Below, piece by piece: positions 51,342-60,528 of a stretch of DNA of 64,000 nucleotides. The stretch is taken from the NCBI GenBank assembly GCA_041907665.1, contig JAYRGW010000001.1, positions 93,915-157,914 of the forward strand, read 5' to 3'. Source of the DNA: Bacteroidaceae bacterium (GTDB lineage Bacteria; Bacteroidota; Bacteroidia; Bacteroidales; Bacteroidaceae). Within the stretch, counting starts at the first letter, position 1. The number at the start of each line of letters is the position of its first letter. The translations under genes were made by a program, and so were the position numbers. The notes beneath the pieces were generated by a model that was given only the letters and a program-made list of their open reading frames with translations, made no database searches and was not told the origin of the DNA.

Positions 51342-52574
51342 ATGGAATTGATTTATTTGATATTCGGATTATTGGTTGGTGGAGTCTTGGGCTATTTGTA
51401 TGCCTCTCGACAGGTTGCTGTGCTTAAATCGAATATGGCATTGCAATCAAGACATGCCGATGAACTGCGTACTGAAGATCTTCGAAACTTTCAGCAGCGT
51501 ATCAAAGAACTGGAAGCGGAGCAAGAAAAGAATAAGGCGGCTGAACAGAAATTGTTGACTGCGCAGTTTGAAAATCTGGCGAATCAGATCCTTAAATCCA
51601 ATTCTTCGGAATTCAAAGAAATGAGTGCCAATAGCCTGAAAGTGCTTCTCGATCCTCTAAACGATAAAATTAAAGATTTCAAGGACAGGGTCGAGAAGTG
51701 TTACGGTGACGAAGCGAAAGAGCGGTATTCCTTACAGCAAGAGATCAATAAGTTGATACAAGAGAATCAGAAAATAAGTGTCGATGCCAACAATCTGGCA
51801 AATGCTCTGAAGGGAGAGTCCAAGACACAAGGGGATTGGGGAGAAATGATTTTGGCAGATATCTTGCAAAAGTCGGGATTAAAAGAAGGAGAGCAATATT
51901 TCCCTCAGAATACGATTCGTGATGAAAACGGTGAACTTCTCAAATCGGATGCGGAGCAATTGATGCGTCCGGATATGGTAGTTGTGTATCCCGGTGAACG
52001 CAAAATTATTATAGACTCTAAAGTATCGCTCACCGCCTATGTGGATTATGTCAATACGGAGGACAAGAATACGGAGAAACAAAAGCTTAAAGAACATTTG
52101 GCTTCTATCAAAAAACATATCGATGAACTTAGTGCCAAAGATTACTCCAAGTACGATGTGAAAACGCCGGAGTTTGTTATGATGTTTATTCCCAACGAAT
52201 CGGCTTATTATGTCGCGGTCAAGTCCGATCCTAATTTATGGAATTATGCCTATCAGAAAAAAGTTGTGTTGATGAATCAAACGAATTTGATTACGGCTCT
52301 TCGTTTGGCGCTCGATCTGTGGCGCCGTGATGCACAAGAAAAGAATATTATGGAAATTGTAAAGGTGGGATCCGATTTGTATGATAAGTTTGTGCTTTTT
52401 ACCGAAAACTTTTCAAAAGTAGGAGACTCTCTCGATAAGGCCCGTCAATGCTACGATGATGCCTTGGGACAACTTTCTATCGGTAAAGGCAATCTTATTG
52501 GGCGAGCCGAACGGTTGCGCGGACTGGGAATATCGCCCAAGAAAGCTCTTCCTAAAACCGAAAGTGGGGATTAG
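51342..52574 (+). CDS. rmuC: DNA recombination protein RmuC
   Basis: 410 aa. It has an N-terminal TM helix, a long coiled coil and an RmuC nuclease-like C-domain (GDWGEMILADIL, PDMVVVYPGERKIIIDSK, FVMMFIPNESAY). Confidence 0.85.
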   Translation: MELIYLIFGLLVGGVLGYLYASRQVAVLKSNMALQSRHADELRTEDLRNFQQRIKELEAEQEKNKAAEQKLLTAQFENLANQILKSNSSEFKEMSANSLKVLLDPLNDKIKDFKDRVEKCYGDEAKERYSLQQEINKLIQENQKISVDANNLANALKGESKTQGDWGEMILADILQKSGLKEGEQYFPQNTIRDENGELLKSDAEQLMRPDMVVVYPGERKIIIDSKVSLTAYVDYVNTEDKNTEKQKLKEHLASIKKHIDELSAKDYSKYDVKTPEFVMMFIPNESAYYVAVKSDPNLWNYAYQKKVVLMNQTNLITALRLALDLWRRDAQEKNIMEIVKVGSDLYDKFVLFTENFSKVGDSLDKARQCYDDALGQLSIGKGNLIGRAERLRGLGISPKKALPKTESGD

Positions 52575-52599
52575 TTCAATTCAAATAGTATAATATATA

Positions 52600-53436
52600 A
52601 TGAAAAAAGAAATTATAATTCAGTATTACAACAGTTTTGAAAAAGCTGCATTGGAATTGGAAGGTGTAGAATGTTGGAGTGCCAGAGATTTGCAACAACT
52701 GTTAGGTTATAGTAAATGGGAAAATTTTTCGAAAGTAATTGATAAAGCCAAGGAATCTTGCAAAAATGCCGAACAACTTGTAGCTGATCATTTTCCTGAC
52801 GTCAAGAAAACGATCGCAATGCCTAAAGGAGCTGAAAAACAAATAGATGACATTATGCTTACTCGTTATGCTTGCTATCTCATAGCCCAAAATGGCGACC
52901 CACGCAAAGTACAGATTGCGTTTGCACAGACCTATTTTGCCGTGCAAACTCGTAAAGCAGAGTTGATAGAAAAACGGTTGTTAGAAATTGAACGTATCAA
53001 GGCTCGTACGAAATTGCAGGAGACAGAGAAAAGACTTTCAGGGGTGTTATACGAGCATGGTATTGACAATAATGGCTTTGCATTGATCCGCTCAAAGGGC
53101 GATTTAGCTTTGTTTCATCTGAACACTTTGCAAATGAAACGAAAAATGGGAGTACCGGTCAGTCGTGCTGTTGCCGATTTCTTACCTACGATTAGTATAA
53201 AAGCAAAAGATTTTGCGGCCGAGATGACAAACGTTAATGTACAACAAAAAGATCTTTATGGTGAAGCCAACATTAGCAAAGAACATGTCGATAATAATAA
53301 AGCTGTGCGCCAAATGATGATAGATCGCGGCATTATACCGGAAGAACTCCCTGCGGCAGAAGACGTGAAAAAAGTGGAGAGGCGATTAGTCAGCGAAGAG
53401 AAGAAAGCTTTGACAAATAGGAATAAGAAAAAATAA
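52600..53436 (+). CDS. dinD: DNA damage-inducible protein D (DinD-like)
   Basis: 278 aa. The N-terminus ([42 protein letters not shown]) and the segment [17 protein letters not shown] are typical of DinD. Confidence 0.75.
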   Translation: MKKEIIIQYYNSFEKAALELEGVECWSARDLQQLLGYSKWENFSKVIDKAKESCKNAEQLVADHFPDVKKTIAMPKGAEKQIDDIMLTRYACYLIAQNGDPRKVQIAFAQTYFAVQTRKAELIEKRLLEIERIKARTKLQETEKRLSGVLYEHGIDNNGFALIRSKGDLALFHLNTLQMKRKMGVPVSRAVADFLPTISIKAKDFAAEMTNVNVQQKDLYGEANISKEHVDNNKAVRQMMIDRGIIPEELPAAEDVKKVERRLVSEEKKALTNRNKKK

Positions 53437-53466
53437 ACTGCATATAGAGCTTTCTGGAAGTTATGA

Positions 53467-54126
53467 CACTTTTACTCTGATGTATGTTCTATCATAGAAA
53501 GAGCAGGATATGGCAAGCAGTTAATGAACAATCTGGTTAAGGAACTTACTGATAGTTATGGTAAAGGGTTTGACCGCATATCATTGTATAATTATTTGAA
53601 GTTTTATCGCTATTTTCCAAAGATTGTTGGCGCAGTGAGTCAACAATCAGAAAAAGTAGGCGTAGCGAGTCAATAATTCAAAGTTGGAGAAACACTGAGC
53701 ACCAAATTGCTGCCGTGGACACATTATAGGGAGTTAATCAGAGTCGATAATGCGCAGGCAAGAAAATGGTATGAGCAAGAAGCACTACATGAAATGTGGA
53801 GTACAAGAACTCTTCATCGAAATATTGCATCGCAGTATTACAGTCGCTTGTTGCAATCAGTACATAAAGAAAAGGTAACCGAGGAAATGCACAAGTTGAC
53901 GGCATCCATGCAACAAGACAGGTTAGAGTTTCTTAAAAATCCTGTAGTTGCAGAATTTCTTGGCTTACAGTCTAATTCCGATTTCACTGAATCAGAGTTA
54001 GAGGGTAGCATAATCAGTCATTTACAGAAATTCATCATGGAGATGGGCAAAGGATTTGCCTTTGTGGGCAGACAGCAACATATACGCACTGATATGGGAG
54101 ATTTTTATATTATTGGTTTAACGTGA
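53467..54126 (+). pseudogene. Degraded YhcG-like (DUF1016) PDDEXK nuclease gene
   Basis: A single frame reads ..IIERAGYGKQLMNNLVKELTDSYGKGFDRISLYNYLKFYRYFP..Q* (TAA at 53674-53676), then ..LLPWTHYRELIRVDNAQARKWYEQEA..GFAFVGRQQHIRTDMGDFYI. The N-terminal portion appears internally deleted. The frame ends where the PD-(D/E)xK core should continue. Confidence 0.65.
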
Positions 54127-54766
54127 CCTTTATACCCAGCTGAAGCGCAGCTGAGATCTTTTCGATGAATGCCTTTTTCATCGGGTTATTGCTATGAGTT
54201 ATTAGAAGCCAGCCATCGCCTAATTCTTTTTGACTTTTCCCGTATTTAGCATCTCTGCGATTGGAAATTACGGGCACTTTGCAGAATTTTAGATGATGTT
54301 CTTCTACTACCTTTCGAACCCTAGTCACACCAATTCTTTTCACTACCTTAACAAAAGTGTCTACTGCCTTTCTCTCGGCTATTATTGTTCCATCAGGAAA
54401 GAATACTGCCATATCCCTTGCCGGTCCACGTTTAATCTTGTCATCGTTATGATTTTCATGCTTACCATGTTCCACTTCCGGATCAACAACTATTTCTTTT
54501 GCATCTGGCATATCAGCGGTAAAATTGCGCTTACGACTTAAGTGTACACTCAGTGGTTGCCCCGGCATATAGTCTACTACCAGTACCAATTCACGTTGTA
54601 CCGGTTGGAGTGCAGGTTCAATACTTTTTGTCAATATGGGGAGAATCTCTTTTTTGATAATTTCTTCCTCTAGTTCGTTTGCTTTCTTTTCAAGGTTCTC
54701 ATCAACAGGAAGACCTTCTTTGCGAAGGGTTTCCATAGCTTTATATAGGTTGTCTAATCTGCTCAT
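54110..54766 (-). CDS. Hypothetical protein (218 aa): N-terminal coiled coil, acidic/His linker, basic C-terminal domain
   Basis: It is a clean ORF with no motif I can assign. Its first 19 codons have a vestigial duplicate at 56091-56147. Confidence 0.6.
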   Translation of the reverse strand: MSRLDNLYKAMETLRKEGLPVDENLEKKANELEEEIIKKEILPILTKSIEPALQPVQRELVLVVDYMPGQPLSVHLSRKRNFTADMPDAKEIVVDPEVEHGKHENHNDDKIKRGPARDMAVFFPDGTIIAERKAVDTFVKVVKRIGVTRVRKVVEEHHLKFCKVPVISNRRDAKYGKSQKELGDGWLLITHSNNPMKKAFIEKISAALQLGIKVTLNQ

Positions 54767-54788
54767 AATTTAATGTTCTAATATTGAT

Positions 54789-54914
54789 ATGTACATGAAA
54801 TAGCGGTTTTATGTACACGTCCTATGTGATGTGTACGCGAAAGTCCAGCTTTATGTACATGAGTAATCTGCCATGTACATGAATATTTGGTTTTATGTAT
54901 GAATTGTACCACTT
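54789..54914. repeat. Degenerate 42-bp tandem repeat x3, each unit carrying two ATGTACAYG boxes
   Basis: Boxes start at 54789, 54811, 54831, 54853, 54873 and 54895, with spacing alternating 22/20 bp. ATGTACAT is an 8-bp palindrome. The third unit runs into the 3' end of the Fic CDS. Confidence 0.7.
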
Positions 54915-56050
54915 ACCGATTCTATCATAGGAACAGTATCTTTAGACAATTCAGCATGATTCAAAAATAGATTTATCAGCTCTGTATTTATATAGTAATT
55001 CACTTGGCCGATTTTTTCTTTATGTAGCAAACCTGCATCTACAATCATATTCAGGTACTTGGAGGCAGTTCTTCGTTCTACCATCATATCCCTTACCATG
55101 AATTCTATCTTTGTATATGGATGAAAGAACAAATTATTCAATAGTTCATGTTTATATTGCTTATCGAATAGGGGGCGTAAGACACTTTTATAGTAATTCA
55201 TCAAACCAGATATACCTTTTACTAAGCTGATAGTTTCAGTAGCTGTTTCTTCTATACCTTTTAAGATAAATAGAATCCATTCAATCCATTCTTTAGCATT
55301 GTCTGTGCCTTTATCACGAATGGTTTGAATTAATCTATAATACTCACCTTTATTATGGGTGATATATCGGCTAAGATATAATATGGGTAAATCCAATAAA
55401 CCGGTTGTTACCAAATACAGAACGTTCACAATACGTCCAGTACGTCCGTTTCCATCATAGAATGGATGTATGCTTTCAAATTGATGATGGATGATTGCCA
55501 TCTTTATCAAGGGATCCAATTCAGACATTGCTTCATCATTGATGAAAGTTTCAAGATTTTGCATATACTCAATAATTTGTGCCCCATCTTGGGGAGGAGT
55601 ATATACGACTTTTCCATCACTGCGTTCAAGTTTGGTACCTGGCGCAGTTCTGAATCCTGCCCTGTTGTGTTCCAACTCAGTTTGAATCTGTTTGATGATA
55701 TTATTTGTAAGCAGCTTTTTCTTTCTAACTTGTTGGAATCCTTTTTCAATCGCTTCACGATATGCAAGCACTTCTTTTGTGGAAGCATTAATAATACTTT
55801 GCTTCACATTTAAATCAGCTTTATAGAGGTCATCCTGGGTGGTAACGATATTCTCAACTTCAGAGCTGTCCTTTGCTTCTTGTAAGGTAAGCGTACTGAT
55901 AAGTATGCGCTCATTGGGTATTGTTAGGGCAACACCCTTCAATTCAGCCAACTTTCGGTGCGAACGAGTTAGTTGTTTTAAGACCTCCTTTGTTTCCAAA
56001 TCATAAGGAAGAGGGAGAGTTGGAATATTGTATTGCTTATTCATAATCAT
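54893..56050 (-). CDS. Fic-family protein (class II, N-terminal inhibitory helix) with C-terminal winged-helix domain
   Basis: 385 aa. It has the Fic active-site motif HPFYDGNGRTGR and an upstream inhibitory motif of the [ST]xxxE[GN] type (SSEVEN). Confidence 0.85.
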   Translation of the reverse strand: MIMNKQYNIPTLPLPYDLETKEVLKQLTRSHRKLAELKGVALTIPNERILISTLTLQEAKDSSEVENIVTTQDDLYKADLNVKQSIINASTKEVLAYREAIEKGFQQVRKKKLLTNNIIKQIQTELEHNRAGFRTAPGTKLERSDGKVVYTPPQDGAQIIEYMQNLETFINDEAMSELDPLIKMAIIHHQFESIHPFYDGNGRTGRIVNVLYLVTTGLLDLPILYLSRYITHNKGEYYRLIQTIRDKGTDNAKEWIEWILFILKGIEETATETISLVKGISGLMNYYKSVLRPLFDKQYKHELLNNLFFHPYTKIEFMVRDMMVERRTASKYLNMIVDAGLLHKEKIGQVNYYINTELINLFLNHAELSKDTVPMIESVSGTIHT

Positions 56051-56090
56051 TATTTTACTCTGTTGATTATTACTTGATTTTATTACGCGA

Positions 56091-56147
56091 AAGACTTCCT
56101 CTACGAAGGGTTTCCATGGCTTTATATATATAGTCTAATCTACTTAC
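56091..56147 (-). pseudogene. Vestigial 5' fragment homologous to the start of the 218-aa gene
   Basis: The minus strand reads VSRLDYIYKAMETLRRGSL, against MSRLDNLYKAMETLRKEGL at 54711-54767. About 45 of 56 nt are identical by hand alignment. The start codon is lost and a stop follows soon after. Confidence 0.6.
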
Positions 56148-57096
56148 CTTTTTTATTTTTTAATTCTTCTATACCCTGTTTTATCAATTTACTTTTATCA
56201 TCACTAGAGCAACAGTATACTTGAATATAGCCACATAAAAAAAAGCATATAAAACTAATGAGAAGAGCTAAAGGTCTTAACTGTTCTACATCTAAAAGAA
56301 ATGGCTTTGAACGATTAGAAGCATGAGATAATAAGCCTCTATACTCTATTAAGATATAGACAATTCCATCAAAGTCTAGTTCCTTTTGCTTTTTCTTACA
56401 TTCTTGTAATATCCATGAATAATTCGAGCCTTTTTTATCTTCATTTTCAAGCATCTGTAACGCACTTAGAACGCATAATTCTAGCAATTCAGAATTCTTG
56501 AAGTTTTGGGTCACCTTATCCCGATGAAACTGTCCATCGGCAAACATAAACTCTAACATCATGAAATAGTTTATGAATGCAAAATAGTAGTCATTATCGT
56601 TGAAAAAATTACGTGCTTGTCTATAATAGCTGAATGGTATATGAGCCTCTGGTAACATTTTTCTAAATATTACTAAATTTGATAAGTTAGAATTACTTAC
56701 ATATTCTGTTGAAGTTTTTGGGATTCTATTTCGTTTTAATGAAGTCATAGGAATGCTTCCTTTTTCTTCTTCTGTTTCATAAATCCATTTAACTTCCAAC
56801 TCGTCAATATGTATTTTTTTTACTTCAAAATTAAATGCTCCCATTGCCTCTATATAGTACAACCATTGTTCCATATCTTTATAAGCTTCAGGCTTTGTTG
56901 CTTCTATATTTGGAGTATTATTTTTAACATAAATTTTTGGTGCGACATCCTTATAATCAATAATAGGTTTAGTGATACTTATATATTTTTTACCATTATC
57001 TTCAAATATCCTAAATTCATAAGGATAAAGTTTTGCCGAAACGGAATCATTTAGCAAAAAGTTACCTTCTATTTCTGCTATTATTTGTATTTTCAT
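56140..57096 (-). CDS. Hypothetical 318-aa protein: beta-rich N-domain plus helical C-domain with an Rx4H (HEPN-like) motif
   Basis: Its ATG overlaps the methyltransferase TGA (ATGA at 57093-57096). The C-terminal half contains YRGLLSH followed by a long hydrophobic helix (LALLISFICFFLCGYIQ). No Walker or other catalytic motif is recognisable. The gene is very AT-rich. Confidence 0.65.
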   Translation of the reverse strand: MKIQIIAEIEGNFLLNDSVSAKLYPYEFRIFEDNGKKYISITKPIIDYKDVAPKIYVKNNTPNIEATKPEAYKDMEQWLYYIEAMGAFNFEVKKIHIDELEVKWIYETEEEKGSIPMTSLKRNRIPKTSTEYVSNSNLSNLVIFRKMLPEAHIPFSYYRQARNFFNDNDYYFAFINYFMMLEFMFADGQFHRDKVTQNFKNSELLELCVLSALQMLENEDKKGSNYSWILQECKKKQKELDFDGIVYILIEYRGLLSHASNRSKPFLLDVEQLRPLALLISFICFFLCGYIQVYCCSSDDKSKLIKQGIEELKNKKGK

Positions 57097-60000
57097 AAAT
57101 TTTCCTCCATATATTCTTTTTCCGTAATTGATGTTTCTGGGTCTACAATTTTTACCTCATCGTAAGTGAGGCCATAAAGATGGTATACTAAACGGTCAAT
57201 TTCTTGCTCTTCCGCTGTTGTATCAGTTTCAGGATTGTTTTGATATGCTTTTATAATCGTATCAATCAACAAATATATTCGGCTCTTATCATTAGGTATT
57301 ACTATTGGTAACTTTTTTGTATTGGCAATTAATACTTTTTGAAATAGTACTTTTTGAACATCCAAATATTTATTTTTATGATAGAAACTCATCAATCTAG
57401 AATTAAGTATTGCCAAAATAATCATTAATTGATTAGAATCGTTTGTCCTTGATAATAAAGAAAAACCAATTTGAGTAAAATAATGGGGTTTATTAGAATA
57501 GCCAGCAATAATTCTTAGCCCATCACCAACAATTTGGCGCACAATTATTTTCTCATTTGTAAAAAACCTTCTTTCTCTAGGAGCACCTAACCATTCACCA
57601 TAATGCAAATACTCCTCAACTTCATTACTAACAAAATATGGATGTATATTTTTACCAGAGATAAGAGGCACATAGCTGTTATCAATCTTTGCAGTAGAAT
57701 GGAAAATGCGATTTTTTATTGTATTTGTATCATGACCTTTATATTTGTCATAAGGCGTAATACCTAATGATGTGATTACGTAATCTTCTAATGGGTGACC
57801 TCTCTTTTTTATCTTTGACAATAAACTAAGAGTTTCTTTATTTGCAAAAATATTAAATCGTAAATCTTTATCTTTTTCCCAATTTTGTTTATCAAATGAT
57901 TCCAACTGAATTTTTTGAAGAGATACTTTTTCATCATTGCTAAAACAATACGCATAAACATCTTCAGTAATTAAATGTTTACTCAATAATAATATTATTG
58001 TTTCTACACTTGCTGATTGAAACACATGATCTGGTAGTTTTATTATTTGAATAACGCTATCAATTATTAGCTTCCTAATTTTAAAATATGATTCATTCAT
58101 AAGAATGGAGTTAGGATTAATATAACATAAGACCCCTTGGTTAGAACATAAATTGTAACCTTTTTCTATAAAGATAGAATATAAATTTATTCGATTCTCA
58201 GTTGTCTTAAATATATTAAAATACATTTTGACATCTTCACTTGATAATCCTTTTATATCAATATATGGTGGATTTCCAATTACAATATCAAACCCGTCAT
58301 TAACTCCAAACATCCATTCTGGGTCGAAAAATGGCGAAAAAGCATTTTGATCAAACATATCCCAAGATGCAAGTTGCTGTGCTTCTTCGTTACCTACAGC
58401 TCCACACTCTTTAAGCATTTCTGCAATTTCCAAACGTAAGTCATTTACTATTTGGCGATATTTACGTTTGGTTTTATACTTAGAAGCAAAGATTTTATGT
58501 TTGGCTACTTTAAGTTCGTTTTCCTTTGTTCTTATCGCATCTGAATCAAATAATGAAGCATCCTTTTTGTCTAATCCGATAAGCGTATTAGCAGCAACAA
58601 ACTTGGCTTCTAGGTTTGGTAATGGACGAATTCCGAAGTTGTCGGCTGGACTGGTATTAGTGTTTTGGTCAACAACCAATGAAATGAAGAAACGGAGTTT
58701 GCTTATTTGGATGGCAATAGGCTGAATATCTACACCATAAATACAGTTCTCTATCAGATATAGTTTGCGGGCATAGTCGGGGCGATTAACGTTCTCATCA
58801 AAGCTGCGTTCAATATCTGCGATCATTTCACTACGCTCTTCTTTTGACGCATTGCGATAAGCGTCTGACGTCTCATCTATAGCTTGATCCATCATCATAT
58901 CCTTCCACTGCACATTGTCAGGATCTATGCGTCCCTGTATATGTACCATTTGTTGGAGTATTCCCATAGGGAATGCACCCGAACCACATGCGGGGTCAAG
59001 AATTTTGCAATCGTAAAGTGATTGCATAATGCTAAGCCGTTGTTCATCCGTGAAATTCACTGGTTCATCAGAGTATTGCAACAGTTGCCGAAATTGTGGT
59101 TCCAAGTCTTCACCAACTGTTCGTTTTAGATGAGCAATCAAACTTTCATCTACCATATATTGAACAATTTCTCTTGGTGTGTAGAAAGAACCGGTCTGCT
59201 TACGGGCTGTAGTTTGTGTTTCCGGATTAAACGAAGCAAGTAAGTTCTCAAATACTTTTCCTAGTAGTTCCGGATCGAGTGAAACTTCTTTGTCAAAAGG
59301 TGTATTCTCTTCTACAGTAAAGTTATATCGTTTCAGGATGTCAATAATACCACGCGCAGAAACTTTCTTTTTCTTCCTATCTCCATACCATATCGAAAGG
59401 TCAATGTTCTTACCAGCTTCATCGCCAAAGAATAAAAAATCGGGAACGACAAGTGACTTGCGGATAGCTTCACGGTCACTGAATCCATCATAATACATAC
59501 CTTTGTCTTTTTCATCCAGGCAATCGAATAAACCACCATTCAAAAATGGCACAGTACGATTGGCTATATCAACAAACAACTGCGGGTTACTGAAGTAATA
59601 TTCATAGCGCATCAACTTATTATTGTCATAGTCACCACGGCCATTACGAAAATGCCGTTCAGAAATTTCCGTGCTGTCTTCTGCCGTAATAGGACTGTTT
59701 AGCATCGCAAAGAAAAGATTCTGTAGAATGGCTTTGTAGTATTTACTTTCAACTGATTTTTCTTTGAATAGGCCTTCTGTCTTATGGGGGTCAAATCCTT
59801 CGATTAAATTATCTGCTATATATTTCTCGTCAAAGAATTCATCGGGTATAAGATGGCGTTGCTTTAGGAACCACACAAAGATGAGACGAGTGATAAGGCG
59901 AATGGCACTTTCGTTATTGAATTTATCATCATCTGTATTGTCATTGATATCATTTGGAAATCGGATAATCTGAATCGCCCAGGCATACCAATCACTAAGC

Positions 60001-60521
60001 TCGCTATAAAATTCTTTAGTAAGCACTTCCACAGAGAAGCGACTGTGCAGGTCTTCATCATTAACTACACGCCCCTTTTCATTGAGATATTTATTGGGGG
60101 TGTAATAGGCAATGCCCTTACCAAGAAAATAGCTATACCTACGTGGATTGCTATAATTGCGTGATATGCGGGACGCTCCTTCAGCCACATCGAGCGTTAT
60201 CTCGATGAAAGAAAAACGGTAATTGTCATTACTGTCTTCGGGTACAAAGACAACTAAAGCGCGGTCTTCCGTTTCATCGGCCAACATACGAAAAGCCTCC
60301 TTTGACAAGGCTACCCTTGCATCATGAGTTGATGTATGCTTCATTTCATATATCACCAAGTCTAATGAAGTAGAAGAACCCAATTTCACTGCTTCTGTCG
60401 TATATTTCATTTGGGTGGAGAGAGTTACCTCTTCCGTGACGGGAACAAAATCCTCCGGCAAAAAACTGTTTTGTAGGAAACTAACGAACTCCTGACGGTT
60501 ATATGCTTTATTAAATTCCAT
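57093..60521 (-). CDS. Large gamma-class N6-adenine DNA methyltransferase with C-terminal target-recognition domain (Eco57I/PglX-like)
   Basis: The motif order is FYTPREIV, then DPACGSGAF (SAM binding), then GNPPYI (catalytic NPPY), followed by about 400 aa of TRD-like sequence. The track ORF starts at a GTG (60548). The first ATG (60521, MEFNKAYN) lies 7 nt after the helicase stop. Confidence 0.85.
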   Translation of the reverse strand: MEFNKAYNRQEFVSFLQNSFLPEDFVPVTEEVTLSTQMKYTTEAVKLGSSTSLDLVIYEMKHTSTHDARVALSKEAFRMLADETEDRALVVFVPEDSNDNYRFSFIEITLDVAEGASRISRNYSNPRRYSYFLGKGIAYYTPNKYLNEKGRVVNDEDLHSRFSVEVLTKEFYSELSDWYAWAIQIIRFPNDINDNTDDDKFNNESAIRLITRLIFVWFLKQRHLIPDEFFDEKYIADNLIEGFDPHKTEGLFKEKSVESKYYKAILQNLFFAMLNSPITAEDSTEISERHFRNGRGDYDNNKLMRYEYYFSNPQLFVDIANRTVPFLNGGLFDCLDEKDKGMYYDGFSDREAIRKSLVVPDFLFFGDEAGKNIDLSIWYGDRKKKKVSARGIIDILKRYNFTVEENTPFDKEVSLDPELLGKVFENLLASFNPETQTTARKQTGSFYTPREIVQYMVDESLIAHLKRTVGEDLEPQFRQLLQYSDEPVNFTDEQRLSIMQSLYDCKILDPACGSGAFPMGILQQMVHIQGRIDPDNVQWKDMMMDQAIDETSDAYRNASKEERSEMIADIERSFDENVNRPDYARKLYLIENCIYGVDIQPIAIQISKLRFFISLVVDQNTNTSPADNFGIRPLPNLEAKFVAANTLIGLDKKDASLFDSDAIRTKENELKVAKHKIFASKYKTKRKYRQIVNDLRLEIAEMLKECGAVGNEEAQQLASWDMFDQNAFSPFFDPEWMFGVNDGFDIVIGNPPYIDIKGLSSEDVKMYFNIFKTTENRINLYSIFIEKGYNLCSNQGVLCYINPNSILMNESYFKIRKLIIDSVIQIIKLPDHVFQSASVETIILLLSKHLITEDVYAYCFSNDEKVSLQKIQLESFDKQNWEKDKDLRFNIFANKETLSLLSKIKKRGHPLEDYVITSLGITPYDKYKGHDTNTIKNRIFHSTAKIDNSYVPLISGKNIHPYFVSNEVEEYLHYGEWLGAPRERRFFTNEKIIVRQIVGDGLRIIAGYSNKPHYFTQIGFSLLSRTNDSNQLMIILAILNSRLMSFYHKNKYLDVQKVLFQKVLIANTKKLPIVIPNDKSRIYLLIDTIIKAYQNNPETDTTAEEQEIDRLVYHLYGLTYDEVKIVDPETSITEKEYMEENL

Positions 60522-60528
60522 ATTATTT

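Noticed and set aside
54789-54914. The 42-bp repeat as a CRISPR array.
   Set aside because: The units are contiguous with no unique spacers. There are only about 3 degenerate copies, and no cas genes are present in the window.
56084-56096. TACGCGAAAG shared between 56085-56094 and repeat box 3 (54834-54843).
   Set aside because: A 10-nt match alone could be chance. Only the adjacent roughly 56-bp homology is reported.
60150-60521. Possible PD-(D/E)xK nuclease motif in the methyltransferase N-terminus (LDLVIYEMK), which would make it a Type IIG enzyme.
   Set aside because: The D-to-ExK spacing is only 4 residues and no other nuclease core elements are evident. The PLD domain on the helicase is the more credible nuclease.
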